A stretch of DNA of 64,000 bases, taken from Heterodontus francisci (Eukaryota). Below are positions 1-11,114 of the stretch, in pieces; within the stretch, counting starts at the first letter, position 1; the number at the start of each line of letters is the position of its first letter. The stretch lies in NCBI RefSeq assembly GCF_036365525.1, contig NC_090390.1, forward strand, positions 71,516,153 to 71,580,152, given 5' to 3'. The position numbers and the translations under genes were made by a program. The notes under the pieces are model-generated. The model was not told where the DNA came from, ran no database searches, and was given only the letters and a program-made list of their open reading frames with translations.

Positions 1-418
1 ATGACCTACTCCCGATCAAGTAGCAACTTGATTTTAGAATACTCATCCTTGTTTTCAAATCCCTCCATGGCCTCACCCCTCCCTATCTCTGTAACCTCCT
101 CCAGCCCTACAACCCCCTGAGGTATCTGAGCTCCTCCAATTCTGGCCTCTTGAGCATCCCTGATTTTAATTACTTCACTTTTGGGGGCCATGCTGTCTAG
201 GCCCTAAGCTCTGTAATTCCCTCTCTAATCCTCTCTGCCTCTCTTTCTTCCTTCAAGATGCTCCCTAAAACCTACCTCTTTGACCAAGCCTTTGGCCATC
301 TGCCCTCGTATCACCTTAAGTGGCTCAGTGTCTAATTTTGCTTTTTAATGCTCCTGAGAAACATCTTGGATTTTTTTTTTATGTTAAAGGTGCTTTACAA
401 ATAGAAATTGTTGTTGTT
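1..418 (+). mobile_element. L2-type LINE 3' end remnant
   Basis: L2-like 3' sequence (aaaacctacctctttgaccaagcc...gttaaaggtgctttacaaatagaaat) ending in (TTG)n; similar to 12800-13375 and to the reverse complement of 21660-22000. Confidence 0.7.
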
Positions 419-1607
419 TCACCCTGTAACTAGGTTTAAGACAGACATCCTGCTGCAGGTTCTTTCCATTGATCCACAAATGGCTCTACCAGCTGCTTCA
501 AGGAGGAAAGACACACCATGCTCAACCATTACAGTCCATGCTTCTAGCACGAGAGGCTAACAAATGACTGAGTTATTCAATTCCTACCCTCTGTCTCTGA
601 ACAACACACTACAGTACCAACAGTGGCTCTGGTCAAAGATCTGGTACTTCACCATTGGATATAAACACCACTTGAGGCCGTCACCATTGTCATAGGAAGT
701 TAAGATCAACCAAATGAAAGCATTATCAGACGTTCAAAGTAGTTTGTCACTTTGCCCTGCAACTGTGTCACTTTTGGGTAATTGCTGTTTTCCTCATATA
801 TTCCCCTCATAAATTATGCTTGCTGCTCCAGTCACAGATCTATCATTTGACAGGGCAGCAGTATTACTACATTAGAAATTCAGTCTAAAATTGCATCTCA
901 AACTGAATTTGTTTCAAAGGGAATCATAGTGGTGAACTTTTACCTGAAAAATGCTGTTTCTGTGGAGCAAAGCTTGTATCTTGTCAATGTTGGCAGAGCA
1001 CAGGTTTTTGTACTGACAGAACCAGAGATACCTGTCAGTATTCACATTTGTTTGTGTTACATGATAACAAAACATTATGTAAACCCATTACAAAGCAGCA
1101 TATGGCTAAATGGATAACAGGATCTATCTCCTTGTCCTACTCGTTAACACAATAAGAAGCCAAAACATTAAATACCAATTAGCTAATCTTGTGTCTAATT
1201 CTTCCCAATCTGCAAATGGGACTCAACTCGCAGGGCAGCTATATGAAGTAACCTGCATGGTTTTTAAAGCCTTGTTTTTTATAGAATAGCTTGGGACAAG
1301 ATGCATGTTGCATTAATGTTCCATGTTGGCTTCCAAAGTAAATCATTGGGGTCTCAGAATTGCATTTTCTGTACAAAATTCATTGGTTGTGGAGTTTCAG
1401 TGATTGAAGACAAGTGTTAGATCTCCCAGCTCTTAAATGATGTTCTTCAATCTTAAACATAGTTAATGCTCCATGTGCAATGATTTCTTTCATCCATCCA
1501 TCAGTTCTGTCTGACAAGGAAAGTAACAGTGAGGATAACAGCACACACCGTTATTTATGTGCAAATTAGACAGCAACGCCTAGGAAGTGCATATGCACAA
1601 TTAAATA

Positions 1608-3305
1608 GTGTTCACTATGGAGAAGGACAAGCTAGGTGTAGAGACCAGGGAGGAGCATTGTGATATACTTGAACATAGCATTGAAAGGAAGGAAATATTA
1701 GTTGTTTTAGTGGGCTTAAAAGTGGATAAATCCCCAGGCCCAGATGAAATCTATCCCAGGGTGTTATGTGAGGCAAGGGTGGAGATAGCAGGGGCTTTGA
1801 CACAAATTTTCAAATACTCTCTGGCCACAGGAGAGGTACCACAGGATTGGAGGACAGCAAATGTGGTACCATTATTCAAGAAGGGTAGCAGGGATAAACC
1901 AGCTAATAACAGGCTTGTCAGTCTAATATCAGTGGTAGGGAAACTATTGGAAAGTATTCTGAGGGACAGGATTAATCTCCATTTGGAGAGGCAGGGCTTA
2001 ATCAGGGATAGTCAGCATGGCTTTGTCAGGGGGAGATTGTGCTTAACTAACTTGATTGAATTTTTCGAGGAGGTGACTAGATGTGTCGATGAGTGTAAAG
2101 CAGTAGATGTAGTATACATGGATTTCAGTAAGGCTTTTGATAAGGTCCCGCATGGGAGATTGGTTAAGAATGTAAGAGCCCATGGGATCCAGGGCAATTT
2201 GGCAAATTGGATCCAAAATTGGCTTAGTGGCAGGAGGCAGAGGGTGATGGTTGAGGGTTGTTTCTGCGAGTTGAAGCCTGTGCCCAGTGGTGTACCGCAG
2301 GGATCGGTGCTGGGACCCTTGCTGTTTGTAGTGTTCATTAATGATTTAGAAATGAGGACAGCAAATGTGGGGTATGATCAGTAAGTTCGCAGATGACATG
2401 AAAATTGGTGGTGTCATAAATAGAGAGGAGGAAAGCCTTAGATTGCAGGATGATATTGATGGGCTGGTAAGATGGGCAGAGCAGTGGCAAATGGAATTTA
2501 ATCCTGAGAAGTGTGAGGTGATGCATTTTGGGAGGACTTTCAAGGCAAGGGAATATACAATGGATGGTAGGACCCTAGGAAGTACAGAGGGTCCGAGGGA
2601 CCTTGGTTTCTTGTCCATAGATCATTGAAGGCAACAGCACAGGTAGTTAAGGTGGTTAGGAAGGATATTTGCCTTTATTAGCCGAGGCACAGAATATAAG
2701 AGCAGGGAGGTTCTGACGGAGCTGTATAAAATGCTTGTTAAACCACAGCTGGAGTACTGTGTACAGTTCTGGGCACCACACTATAGAAAGGATGTGATTG
2801 CACTGGAGAGGGTGCAGAGGAGATTCACCAGGATGTTGCCTGGGCTGGAGCATTTCAGCTATGAAGCGAGACTGAAAAGGCTAGGGTTGTTTTCCTTGGA
2901 GCAGAGAAGGCTGAGGGCAGACCTGATTGAGGTATACAAAATTATGAGGGGCGTTGATAGGTTAGATAGGAAGAAACTTTTTCTCTTAGCAGAGGGGTCA
3001 ATAACCAGGGGGAATAGATTTAAGGTAAGGGGCAGGAGGTTTAGAGGGGATTTGTGGAAAAATGTTTTCACCCAGAGGGTGGTTGGAATCTGGAACGCAC
3101 TGCCTGAAGGGGTGGTAGAAGCAGGAACCCTCACAACATTTAATAAGTATTTAGATGAGCACTTGAAATGCTATAGCATACAAGGCTACGGGCCAAGTGC
3201 TAGAAAATGGGATTCGAATAGTTAGGTGCTTGATGGCTGGGACAGACAGAATAGGCTGAAGGCCCTGTTTCTGTGTTGTATAACTCTATAACTCTATGAC
3301 TCTAA
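1608..3305 (+). mobile_element. CR1 LINE, 5'-truncated (ORF2 RT and C-terminus, frameshifted)
   Basis: ORFs 1608-2384, 2365-2628 and 2731-3225 carry KSPGPD, DFSKAFDKVPH, GVPQGSVLGP, KFADD and LEYCVQFWAP; 3' tail (ATAACTCT)n at ~3279-3303. Confidence 0.95.
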
Positions 3306-3359
3306 ACATAAAAGTCCGACAGTTGATGTTTGAGATGTGACAAACTTCCCAAAAACGGT

Positions 3360-4617
3360 GGGCTGAATTTTACAGCCCCTGCTGATGTCGGGGGCCGTTT
3401 CAGTGGGGGACGAAAAATGTCTCCAGGAGAGGCCCGTCACGTGCCTCGACAACGTGAACGCCCGGCCTAATATTGCCAGCGGCAGTGAGGCCTCGTGGCA
3501 GCCGCTCGGCAATGGGAGCAAAATTTAAATCTTTAAATGCTTTTAAATAAATTAATTAATCACTTGTCCACTAGAGGCCTGCTACCCGACCCGAACCTGA
3601 CGGGACCTGACGACATGTGTCGGGTTCGGGTCGAGTCGAGCCCATCTTCTGGGGCCGGGTCTCGGGCCCGGGTCACGTCAGGCCGAGTCCAGATCGAGTC
3701 GGGTCGGGTCGGGCCGGACACACATGGTAAGTGCTCTGCTGGTAAGTATTAAAAATAAAAAAAACAAACCTGAGCTGGGAGTCCGGGATGAATCTGAGTC
3801 TGCGCAGTGAGCGAGTGATGTCACTATGACGTCTCGTGCATGCGCTGCAGCTTCTTACAGGTTCGGTGTCAGGAAGGTAAGTAAAGGGATGGTCGGGTCG
3901 GGCTCGGGTCGGGCCGACTAATGGTGGGTTCGGGTCGGGTTGGGCTCGGGGCAAAATTGGTGGGACTCGGGCCTGGTCAGGCTCGGGCCCACTCTGGTTC
4001 AGTCGGGTTCTTTTCCCGACATAAAGCAGGTCTCTATTGTCCACTCCCGCCATTCATTCCAGAGCGATATTGCTGCTGGTGGCCGGCACTCCCGCTCCTT
4101 CAGGTACCCGACCGGGGATCCAATGTGGGACAGAGGTGGGGAGGGTTAGCAGGTAAGTATTTCAGTGTGGGAGGGGGTGGAACAGGGTCAAACTCATCCA
4201 ATTGGTGTAGGGGATGGTGAGAAGGGTAAAGTGCATAGTTTATGAACTTTGGGGGGCAAGTCAGGTGCACAAGGTAAGTATTTCGGGGGGGGAGAGGGAA
4301 AGAAATGAATTATATGGATATTGGGAGGGGTGGGAGAGGGGATAGAAAAATTTATGTTTTTTCAGATCTATTTTAAATCACTACCTTTAAAAATCTAAAT
4401 TGAAATGTAGGGCTTGAAGCCCTTTAAAAATGACGCAATCGCCGGGGACGGTCAGCACACCCCCTCCACGTCATCCGAGTGGGCGGTCCGCCCGGCCATT
4501 TAAATGAGCTGCCGCTCTGAATATCATGGCGGGTCCGCGTCATGTGATCCGCATGAGTGGACCGCCTTTTTTCAAGCTTGCCACCAAGATCAGCAGTGCG
4601 CTTATAAAGTCCAGCCC
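3360..4617. mobile_element. Harbinger/PIF-type non-autonomous element (MITE), host of a nested hAT MITE
   Basis: Terminal inverted repeats GGGCTGAATTTTA (3360) and TAAAGTCCAGCCC (ending 4617); flanks GGT/AGT are a near 3-bp TSD. Confidence 0.7.
3572..4036. mobile_element. hAT non-autonomous element (MITE)
   Basis: TIRs TAGAGGCCTGCT / AGCAGGTCTCTA; perfect 8-bp TSD TTGTCCAC at 3564-3571 and 4037-4044; many subterminal CCCGA/TCGGG motifs. Confidence 0.9.
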
Positions 4618-5171
4618 AGTATCTAGCTACCTGACTCTCCATTCAAATATATTGCACCGTGTGGAGTAGCTGTACTTCAGTCGCAGATACTGACTTAACT
4701 CATCAAAAAACATTGGATTTTGCCCATGTTCGTCTCAGTACTCTCTTAACGGTGTGATATGTCTTAATGACTGCCAACCTCTCTGGCACTGAACATTAAC
4801 TTTTTCAAGTGTGGAGTCTCATTCCTTCAGTCTCTAATTATTGTTGGAGACGTAAAAATTGTTTTAAAAATAATTTTTTTCTATTTTTTCTTTCTGTCTC
4901 TTTTATCTCTCTTAATCCCATCTTCCTTTCCCTCTCTTTATTTTGCTTTCTGTACTGCAGACATTGAATTCACTATTCTGACTGACACTTCCTACTTCAA
5001 ATTTTGCATGGTTCACCAATCTGTTTGGTGAAGGAAATCCACAGTTGTTTGCCTTCACTGGTCCCTGATGCCCTGGAGAGAGTGCTGTGCCGTTTGGAGG
5101 TCCTGCTGACACTAACTGGCCATGCAAAAATCCCATAGACTGTTTCTAGTCAAGTGCAGATCTAACAACGA

Positions 5172-5380
5172 TACAAAAGCAAAACACTGTGGATGCTGGA
5201 AATCTGAAACATAAACAGAAAATGCTGGAAATACTCAGCAGGTCAGGCAGCTTCTGTGGAGAGACAAACAGAGTTAATGCTTCAGGTCTGTGTGACCTTT
5301 TATCAGACAGTCCTGAAACGTTACCTCTGTTTCTCAATCCACAGATGCTGAATATTTCCAGCATTTTTTGCTTTTGTTGC
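5172..5380. mobile_element. Penelope-derived short repeat, two pieces in inverted arrangement
   Basis: Minus-strand piece ~5172-5290 and plus-strand piece ~5310-5380 of the cctgaaacgttaactctg...gatgctg...ccagcattt repeat also seen at 59580-59710. Confidence 0.75.
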
Positions 5381-6470
5381 AGATCTAATGAGCAGCTTGA
5401 GCTGTTTGTTCACTGTTCACAGTGATTTTATGTATTGCTTCATCTTGGTCTGTCTACTGCTGCCTCCTTCAAACTAATAACAGGAGCATAATGCCAAAAT
5501 ACGGGCGTATATATTGGGGGAGGTCCATCACCCATGTTGCTGCTGTTCACTGCAAAACATTCCCCTCCCTCACCACTTGGTGAATGACAGCTTATTTAGT
5601 GGTAGGGGAAGGGGCTGGTTGAACTATAGTGATAGGAAGAAGATTATTCTACAGTGTAACTCTTCTTGATTCCAAGCCACTTAATTCAAATTACAATGTA
5701 CTTCAAAGTTTTTTTGAACAGTATATTCCTATTTTGCTGTGTTTTTTATGTTACTTAACTGGATAGTTTGGATTTTCTTTTAGCTCCAGGCAACAACTTT
5801 GAATTATGAGGTGCAGACTGCAGCAGTAATTTATGACCCACCTCATTCACTATACCATTTGGATTGAATGATAGAAGGACAAGAATCTTACGGCACAGAG
5901 GGAGGGGATTCACCCCTTTGTGCCAGCACTTTGAAACAGCTATCCAATTAGACCCACTCCCCTGCTCTTTCTCCAGTTCCACACCTTTCACTGATCGGAA
6001 TTCTGTGCTTGATTCGAAAAGCATTCATGTAGAAGCAACTCTGGGGATAATTTTCCAAGGTCACATTGGCAGCAGGCAGCATTGCCCGATGACAGCCTAT
6101 ATTCAGAGATTGTGCGAACTGTACCCACATTCTTCCATCTGTTCATTTAATGGATGGAAAAGCATGGGCAACACCCCACTTCCCTACTATGGTATGATTT
6201 TAACCCCCAAAACAGGTGGGCTCAGGTTGGGTGAGATGTTAAAATTTTTTAAATGTCACACACAATACCAATGCCAATCTGCCCACTTCTGGGTTTAAAG
6301 GGGACGGGACAGGGCGTGGGCAGCCAGGAAGTGGGTCAGAATGTAATGATGTTAAATCAGGCTGGCAGCCTGCGTTGCAGGTTTAACACTGGACGGCTGG
6401 GTTTCCTGGGCCACGGGAAACCCAAAGCTCAAAGAGAGCTCTGCAGAGAAGGCAAGTGCCCTGACAGTAA

Positions 6471-7224
6471 GGCTGGAATTTGACCTTCGGCAGACGGGAG
6501 TCATCCACCGACTGGAAAGTCAGTGGCGATCCCGCCTCCGCCTGGCCTGGGGGCCCAGATCGCATTTTGCGGTCCCCAAGCCCTTAAATGGTCTGAGGGA
6601 GGACTTCCACCTGAAGGAGGAAGTCCGGCCTAATGGAGCTGCTGGCCAATCAACGGGCCAAAAGCTCTCTGTCCCAGCAGCGCCACCAGGAGCGGTGGCC
6701 ACTGCTGGGACTGCAACCCAGCCAAAGATGGAAGGTGTTGGGGAGCACCAGAGAACGGGGAAGTTTTGGGGGCATCGTCAGGGGCAATCGGTCAGGCCCC
6801 TGCAAGGCAAGGGTGGTCGACTGGGGGGACGGGGGATGTGTTGGGCATTGGGGGCCATTGGAGCATCTGGGGCAGCCCTATGACGGGCACAGGGTGCTTG
6901 ATCAGGAGGGCTTCCCCCCCCCCAGACCGTCAGAAAGCTGCCTACTTTTAACAGACAGCTTTTCTCGGCCCTGGGCCTCCCGCCAGCCAAGGGTAAAATC
7001 CCCGTGGCAGCAGGTGGAGGCCCTTAACTGGCCTTTAACTGGCCACTTAAGGGACTTGATTGGCCTGGGCTGGGTGGGCCGTTTATCGCAGCCGCCAGCC
7101 CGCATAAAATGGCAGCGGAGGCGGGAGTGGGTCGGGAAGGGCCCCCCGAGCCTCCCGCTCCATTTTACGCTCCCCTCCCCCTGCCACCATCCCGCTCTTT
7201 GGTGGGGGGTGTAAAATATCGGCC
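6471..7224. mobile_element. Harbinger-type MITE, nested in an older related element starting ~6190
   Basis: Imperfect TIRs GGCTGGAATTTGAC / GTAAAATATCGGCC; flanks TAA/TAC; GC-rich interior similar to other MITEs in the window. Confidence 0.6.
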
Positions 7225-7919
7225 TACGACTTGGGGGCCAGGAGGAGCAGGAGTGCTCTCCCTGTCAGACCCCCAAGCAGATCACCTTCCCTTTGATTGC
7301 AGCCCCCCCCACCCCCCTACTAATCAGACCACCCCATAAACAGCCCACCCACTACCACATCCCTGCCTGGTTCAGGGATCGGACCTCAATCCAATTCCTA
7401 CTAAAATTTTGTGCGGCTGGCCTGAGCCGCCATTTTAACTTTTCTCCCAGCTGAAACCTTACTGTAAAAACATTCATAATTTCAAAAATCTATAAAATGT
7501 AAACATTTCTGAATAAAATGTTAATTTTCAGGCATACTGGTGGAATATCCGTGGAATATATTTCCTCAGAAAGCTCTACTCCAGGTTACCTGAACGTTCT
7601 ATTTAGAGTACAGGTCCGAGCTTAAATTATTGGGTTGAGCTACCGAGGCCATTTTTTTTCCTGAACAGTCGCTGTCCATGCCAATTAAAGGAAGCCCCTC
7701 CTCTGTTCATTTTGACTCTAGAATACTGTTTTGGATTGCTTATTTCTCGGGAGGGGAAGAGGCAGCTGAGGCTCAAGGAATATTTTTTCGATTGATAGCA
7801 AGATTTGCTCTTCATAGAGCATGTCTGGACTTAGTGTTTGTAAGTCCCATCTCTTTCCCTCTCTTGTCAGTGATGGAAAGGTCCTGAAACTGTGAGGTAC
7901 CTGAATTTTAGATACAATC

Positions 7920-8048
7920 CGAAGAAGGGTCACTGACCCGAAACGTTAACTCTGCTTTTCTTTCCACAGATGCTGCCAGACCTGCTGAGTGGTTCCAGCA
8001 TTTCTTGTTTTTATTTCAGATTTCCAACATCTGCAGTATTTTGCTTTT
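7920..8048 (+). mobile_element. Penelope-derived short retroposed unit
   Basis: Matches the Penelope 3' terminus at 59585-59710; 15-bp TSD ATTTTAGATACAATC at 7905-7919 and 8049-8063. Confidence 0.85.
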
Positions 8049-8311
8049 ATTTTAGATACAATCATCATAGCAACATAAGCCATGAATTTCTGTATTTTAT
8101 CTGAGGTAATTATGTAAATCTCATGTACAACAATGCTTTCAGTTGTAGGCTTATCCTGCTCCATAAATGCTGCAGCAGAAGCAGAGTGTAACCACATCTA
8201 CAGATTCATTATATAAATCAGGGTTGGCCATAATACGGCTCGCAGGTGTAAACTGTTCCCAGGGCCATTCCACATCCTCACCGTGACTGGTGATGGGAAA
8301 TTCCCCTTTGT

Positions 8312-9260
8312 CTTCTTCTTACAGAGTTCTTTTGGGCCTCCTTATCTCGAGAGACAATGGATACGCGCCTGGAGGTGGTCAGTGGTTTGTGAAGCAGCGC
8401 CTGGAGTGGCTATAAAGGCCAATTCTGGAGTGACAGGCTCTTCCACAGGTGCTGCAGAGAAATTTGTTTGTTGGGGCTGTTGCACACTTGGCTCTCCCCT
8501 TGCGCCTCTGTCTTTTTTCCTGCCAACTACTAAGTCTCTTCGACTCGCCACAATTTAGCCCTGTCTTTATGGCTGCCCGCCAGCTCTGGCGAATGCTGGC
8601 AACTGACTCCCACGACTTGTGATCAATGTCACACGATTTCATGTCGCGTTTGCAGACGTCTTTATAACGGAGACATGGACGGCCGGTGGGTCTGATACCA
8701 GTGGCGAGCTCGCTGTACAATGTGTCTTTGGGGATCCTGCCATCTTCCATGCGGCTCACATGGCCAAGCCATCTCAAGCGCCGCTGACTCAGTAGTGTGT
8801 ATAAGCTGGGGATGTTGGCCGCTTCAAGGACTTCTGCGTTGGAGATATAGTCCTGCCACCTGATGCCAAGTATTCTCCGAAGGCAGCGAAGATGGAATGA
8901 ATTGAGACGTCGCTCTTGGCTGGCATACGTTGTCCAGGCCTCGCTGCCGTAGAGCAAGGTACTGAGGACACAGGCCTGATACACTCGGACTTTTGTGTTC
9001 CGTGTCAGTGCGCCATTTTCCCACACTCTCTTGGCCAGTCTGAACATAGCAGTGGAAGCCTTACCCATGCGCTTGTTGATTTCTGCATCTAGAGACAGGT
9101 TACTGGTGATAGTTGAGCCTAGGTAGGTGAACTCTTGAACCACTTCCAGAGCGTGGTCGCCAATATTGATGGATGGAGCATTTCTGACATCCTGCCCCAT
9201 GATGTTCGTTTTCTTGAGGCTGATGGTTAGGCCAAATTCATTGCAGGCAGACGCAAACCT
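8312..9260 (-). mobile_element. RTE-clade (BovB-like) LINE, 5'-truncated, subfamily A
   Basis: FGLTISLKKT, FTYLGS, LLYGSEAW, RLRWLGHV and C-terminal CxxC..H zinc finger; (GAA)n tail; near-identical to 28829-29762. Confidence 0.95.
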
Positions 9261-9462
9261 TTTGAAAAACATCGCACTGTCAGTTTCACAGGTGTCAGCT
9301 GCTGATATTGGGAACAGCCGTTTCACAACAGACTCGGGGTTTTCCAGCCGGTTCTGACTTTTTTTTAAAAGCACGCCGGAAAACTCCGAGTCTGTTGTGA
9401 AACGATTGTTCCCAATATCAGCAGCTGACACCTGTGAAACTGGCAACGCGATCTTTTTAAAA
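9260..9462. repeat. Long inverted repeat (~88-bp arms, ~26-nt loop)
   Basis: 9260-9348 is the near-perfect reverse complement of 9375-9462 (core cagtttcacaggtgtcagctgctgatattgggaaca). Confidence 0.95.
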
Positions 9463-9495
9463 ACATCCGCTGAGCGTTCCGCTCTCTGCAACTGT

Positions 9496-10312
9496 GAGAG
9501 AGGGGGCAGAAGACAGAGGTGGGGGGGGGGAGAAGGAGAGAAGGAGAAGGAGAGGGGGAGAAGGAGACAGAGAGAGGGGGAGAGGGAGACAGAGAGAGGG
9601 GGAGAAGGAGAGGGGGAGAGGGAGACAGAGAGAGGGGCAGAAGGAGAGGGGGAGAAGGAGAGATGGGGGAGAAGGTGAGAGGGGGGAGAAGGAGACAGAG
9701 TGAGGGGGAGAAGGAGACAGAGAGGGGGGAGGAGAGATGGGGGAGAAGGTGAGGGGGGAGAAGGAGAGAGGGGGAGAAGAACACAAGAGAGGAGGAGAGG
9801 GAGACAGAGAGAGGGGGGAGAAGGAGAAAGAGAGAAGGTGGAGAAGGAGAGATAGGGAGACAGAAGAGAGGGGGAGAAGGAGACAGAGGGGGGGAGAAGG
9901 AGAGAAGGGGGAGAAGGTGAGAGGGGGGAGAAGGAGACAGAGTGAGGGGGAGAAAGAGAGAAGGGGAGAAGAACAGAAGAGAGGAGGAGAGGGAGACAGA
10001 GAGAGGGGGGAGAAGGAGACAGAGAGAGGGGGAAGGAGACAGAGAGGGGGAAGTAGGAGAGAGAGGGAGAGGACAGAAGAGAGGGGGAGAAGGAGACAGA
10101 GAGGGGGGGAGAAGGAGATGGAGAGAAGGGGGAGGAGAGAGGAGGAGAGGGAGACAGAAAGAGGGGGTGAGGGAGACAGAGAGAGGGGGAGAAGGAGAGA
10201 GGGGGAGAAGGAGACAGAGAGAGGGGGAGAGGGAGACAGAGAGGGGGGAGAGGGAGACAGAGACAGAGAGGGGGACAGTGGGAGAGAAAGAGACAGAGAG
10301 GGGAGGGGAAGA
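9496..10312 (+). repeat. Polypurine (GA-rich) degenerate minisatellite, unit ~GGAGAAGGAGACAGAGAGAGGG
   Basis: About 815 bp made almost only of G and A on the + strand. Confidence 0.97.
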
Positions 10313-11114
10313 GCGAGCCAAAGAGACTTATGGCACAGAAGGAGGCCATTCTGTCCTTCAAGCCCATGCCAGCTCTCCACAGAGTATCCAGTGTGTGGGC
10401 AGAGCTGATTGCTTATGCGAGCAAAAACTATGCCAGGTATGTCAATGAGAAAGTAAGTCTTCTCATTTAAAGCTTCTTCACAAAAATGCACATTTGTTGT
10501 TGTTTTTATTAGTAAGATAAATTTTTAATGTCTATAACTTTCGAAATTTGCTCACTGGCCCCCTGGGCCGAGCAAAAATTGTAATGCGGCCCTCCACCTG
10601 AAAAGGTTGGACAGCTCTGATATAGATTAATATAGCTCGAGATATTGTTTCAACCCATAGCAAATTTCAGTGATGTTGATAAACCACCTGAGCTTTGGTC
10701 TCATGGTTTATCCTGTCATCTAACCTCCTTGGTGAATTACAAACTTCAAAAACACTGCAGCCTAAGCATTATCCTCAATGTATCCTATATTAAAGCCATC
10801 AATTCTTATTCATGTATTCAACTTCATGTGCCATTGATAAAATGTGGTGTACTGACTATTTTGTCTCTTATTTTATAGGTGTTATGTTCAATGGAACATG
10901 AGATGTTTACCTGCTTCTGGTTGAATTACATTAATATCTACAGTGGAGTCATTCTGTAATCTATTCTAAATAATCCTGCTTATATTAAGAAATAAAGTTT
11001 CTGATCTTCTGCAAAATAATCATTCGTTTGGGCTAAAATAGGGAGTCAGTATTTTAAAAAATATTTGCAATTTCAACATCCTGAGCTGAGCTTTCAACGT
11101 CCGGGTAGTCTCCA

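Larger units (their letters stand above)
8219..10619. mobile_element. hAT/Charlie-like non-autonomous element containing an RTE insertion, a hairpin and a GA tract
   Basis: Ends CAGGGTTGGCCA... and ...GCGGCCCTCC..AAAAGGTTGGACAGCTCTG; 8-bp TSD ATATAAAT (8211-8218) / ATATAGAT (10620-10627), 7/8 match. Confidence 0.75.

Noticed and set aside
3572-4036. CRISPR-like or iteron array
   Set aside because: The repeats are irregular 5-mers without unique spacers and are bounded by hAT TIRs and a TSD.
9260-9462. Retron- or DGR-like system (RT next to a hairpin)
   Set aside because: The context is eukaryotic, the RT is a non-LTR RTE fragment without its catalytic core, and there is no template/variable repeat pair.
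8379-10367. 662-aa ORF as a novel Ser/Pro/Leu-rich RT fusion protein
   Set aside because: It is a chance read-through: a stop-free pyrimidine tract plus the hairpin plus a truncated RTE that lacks the FADD catalytic motif.
9365-10491. Many overlapping E/R/G-rich and S/P/L-rich ORFs
   Set aside because: The low-complexity GA tract has almost no stop codons in any frame.
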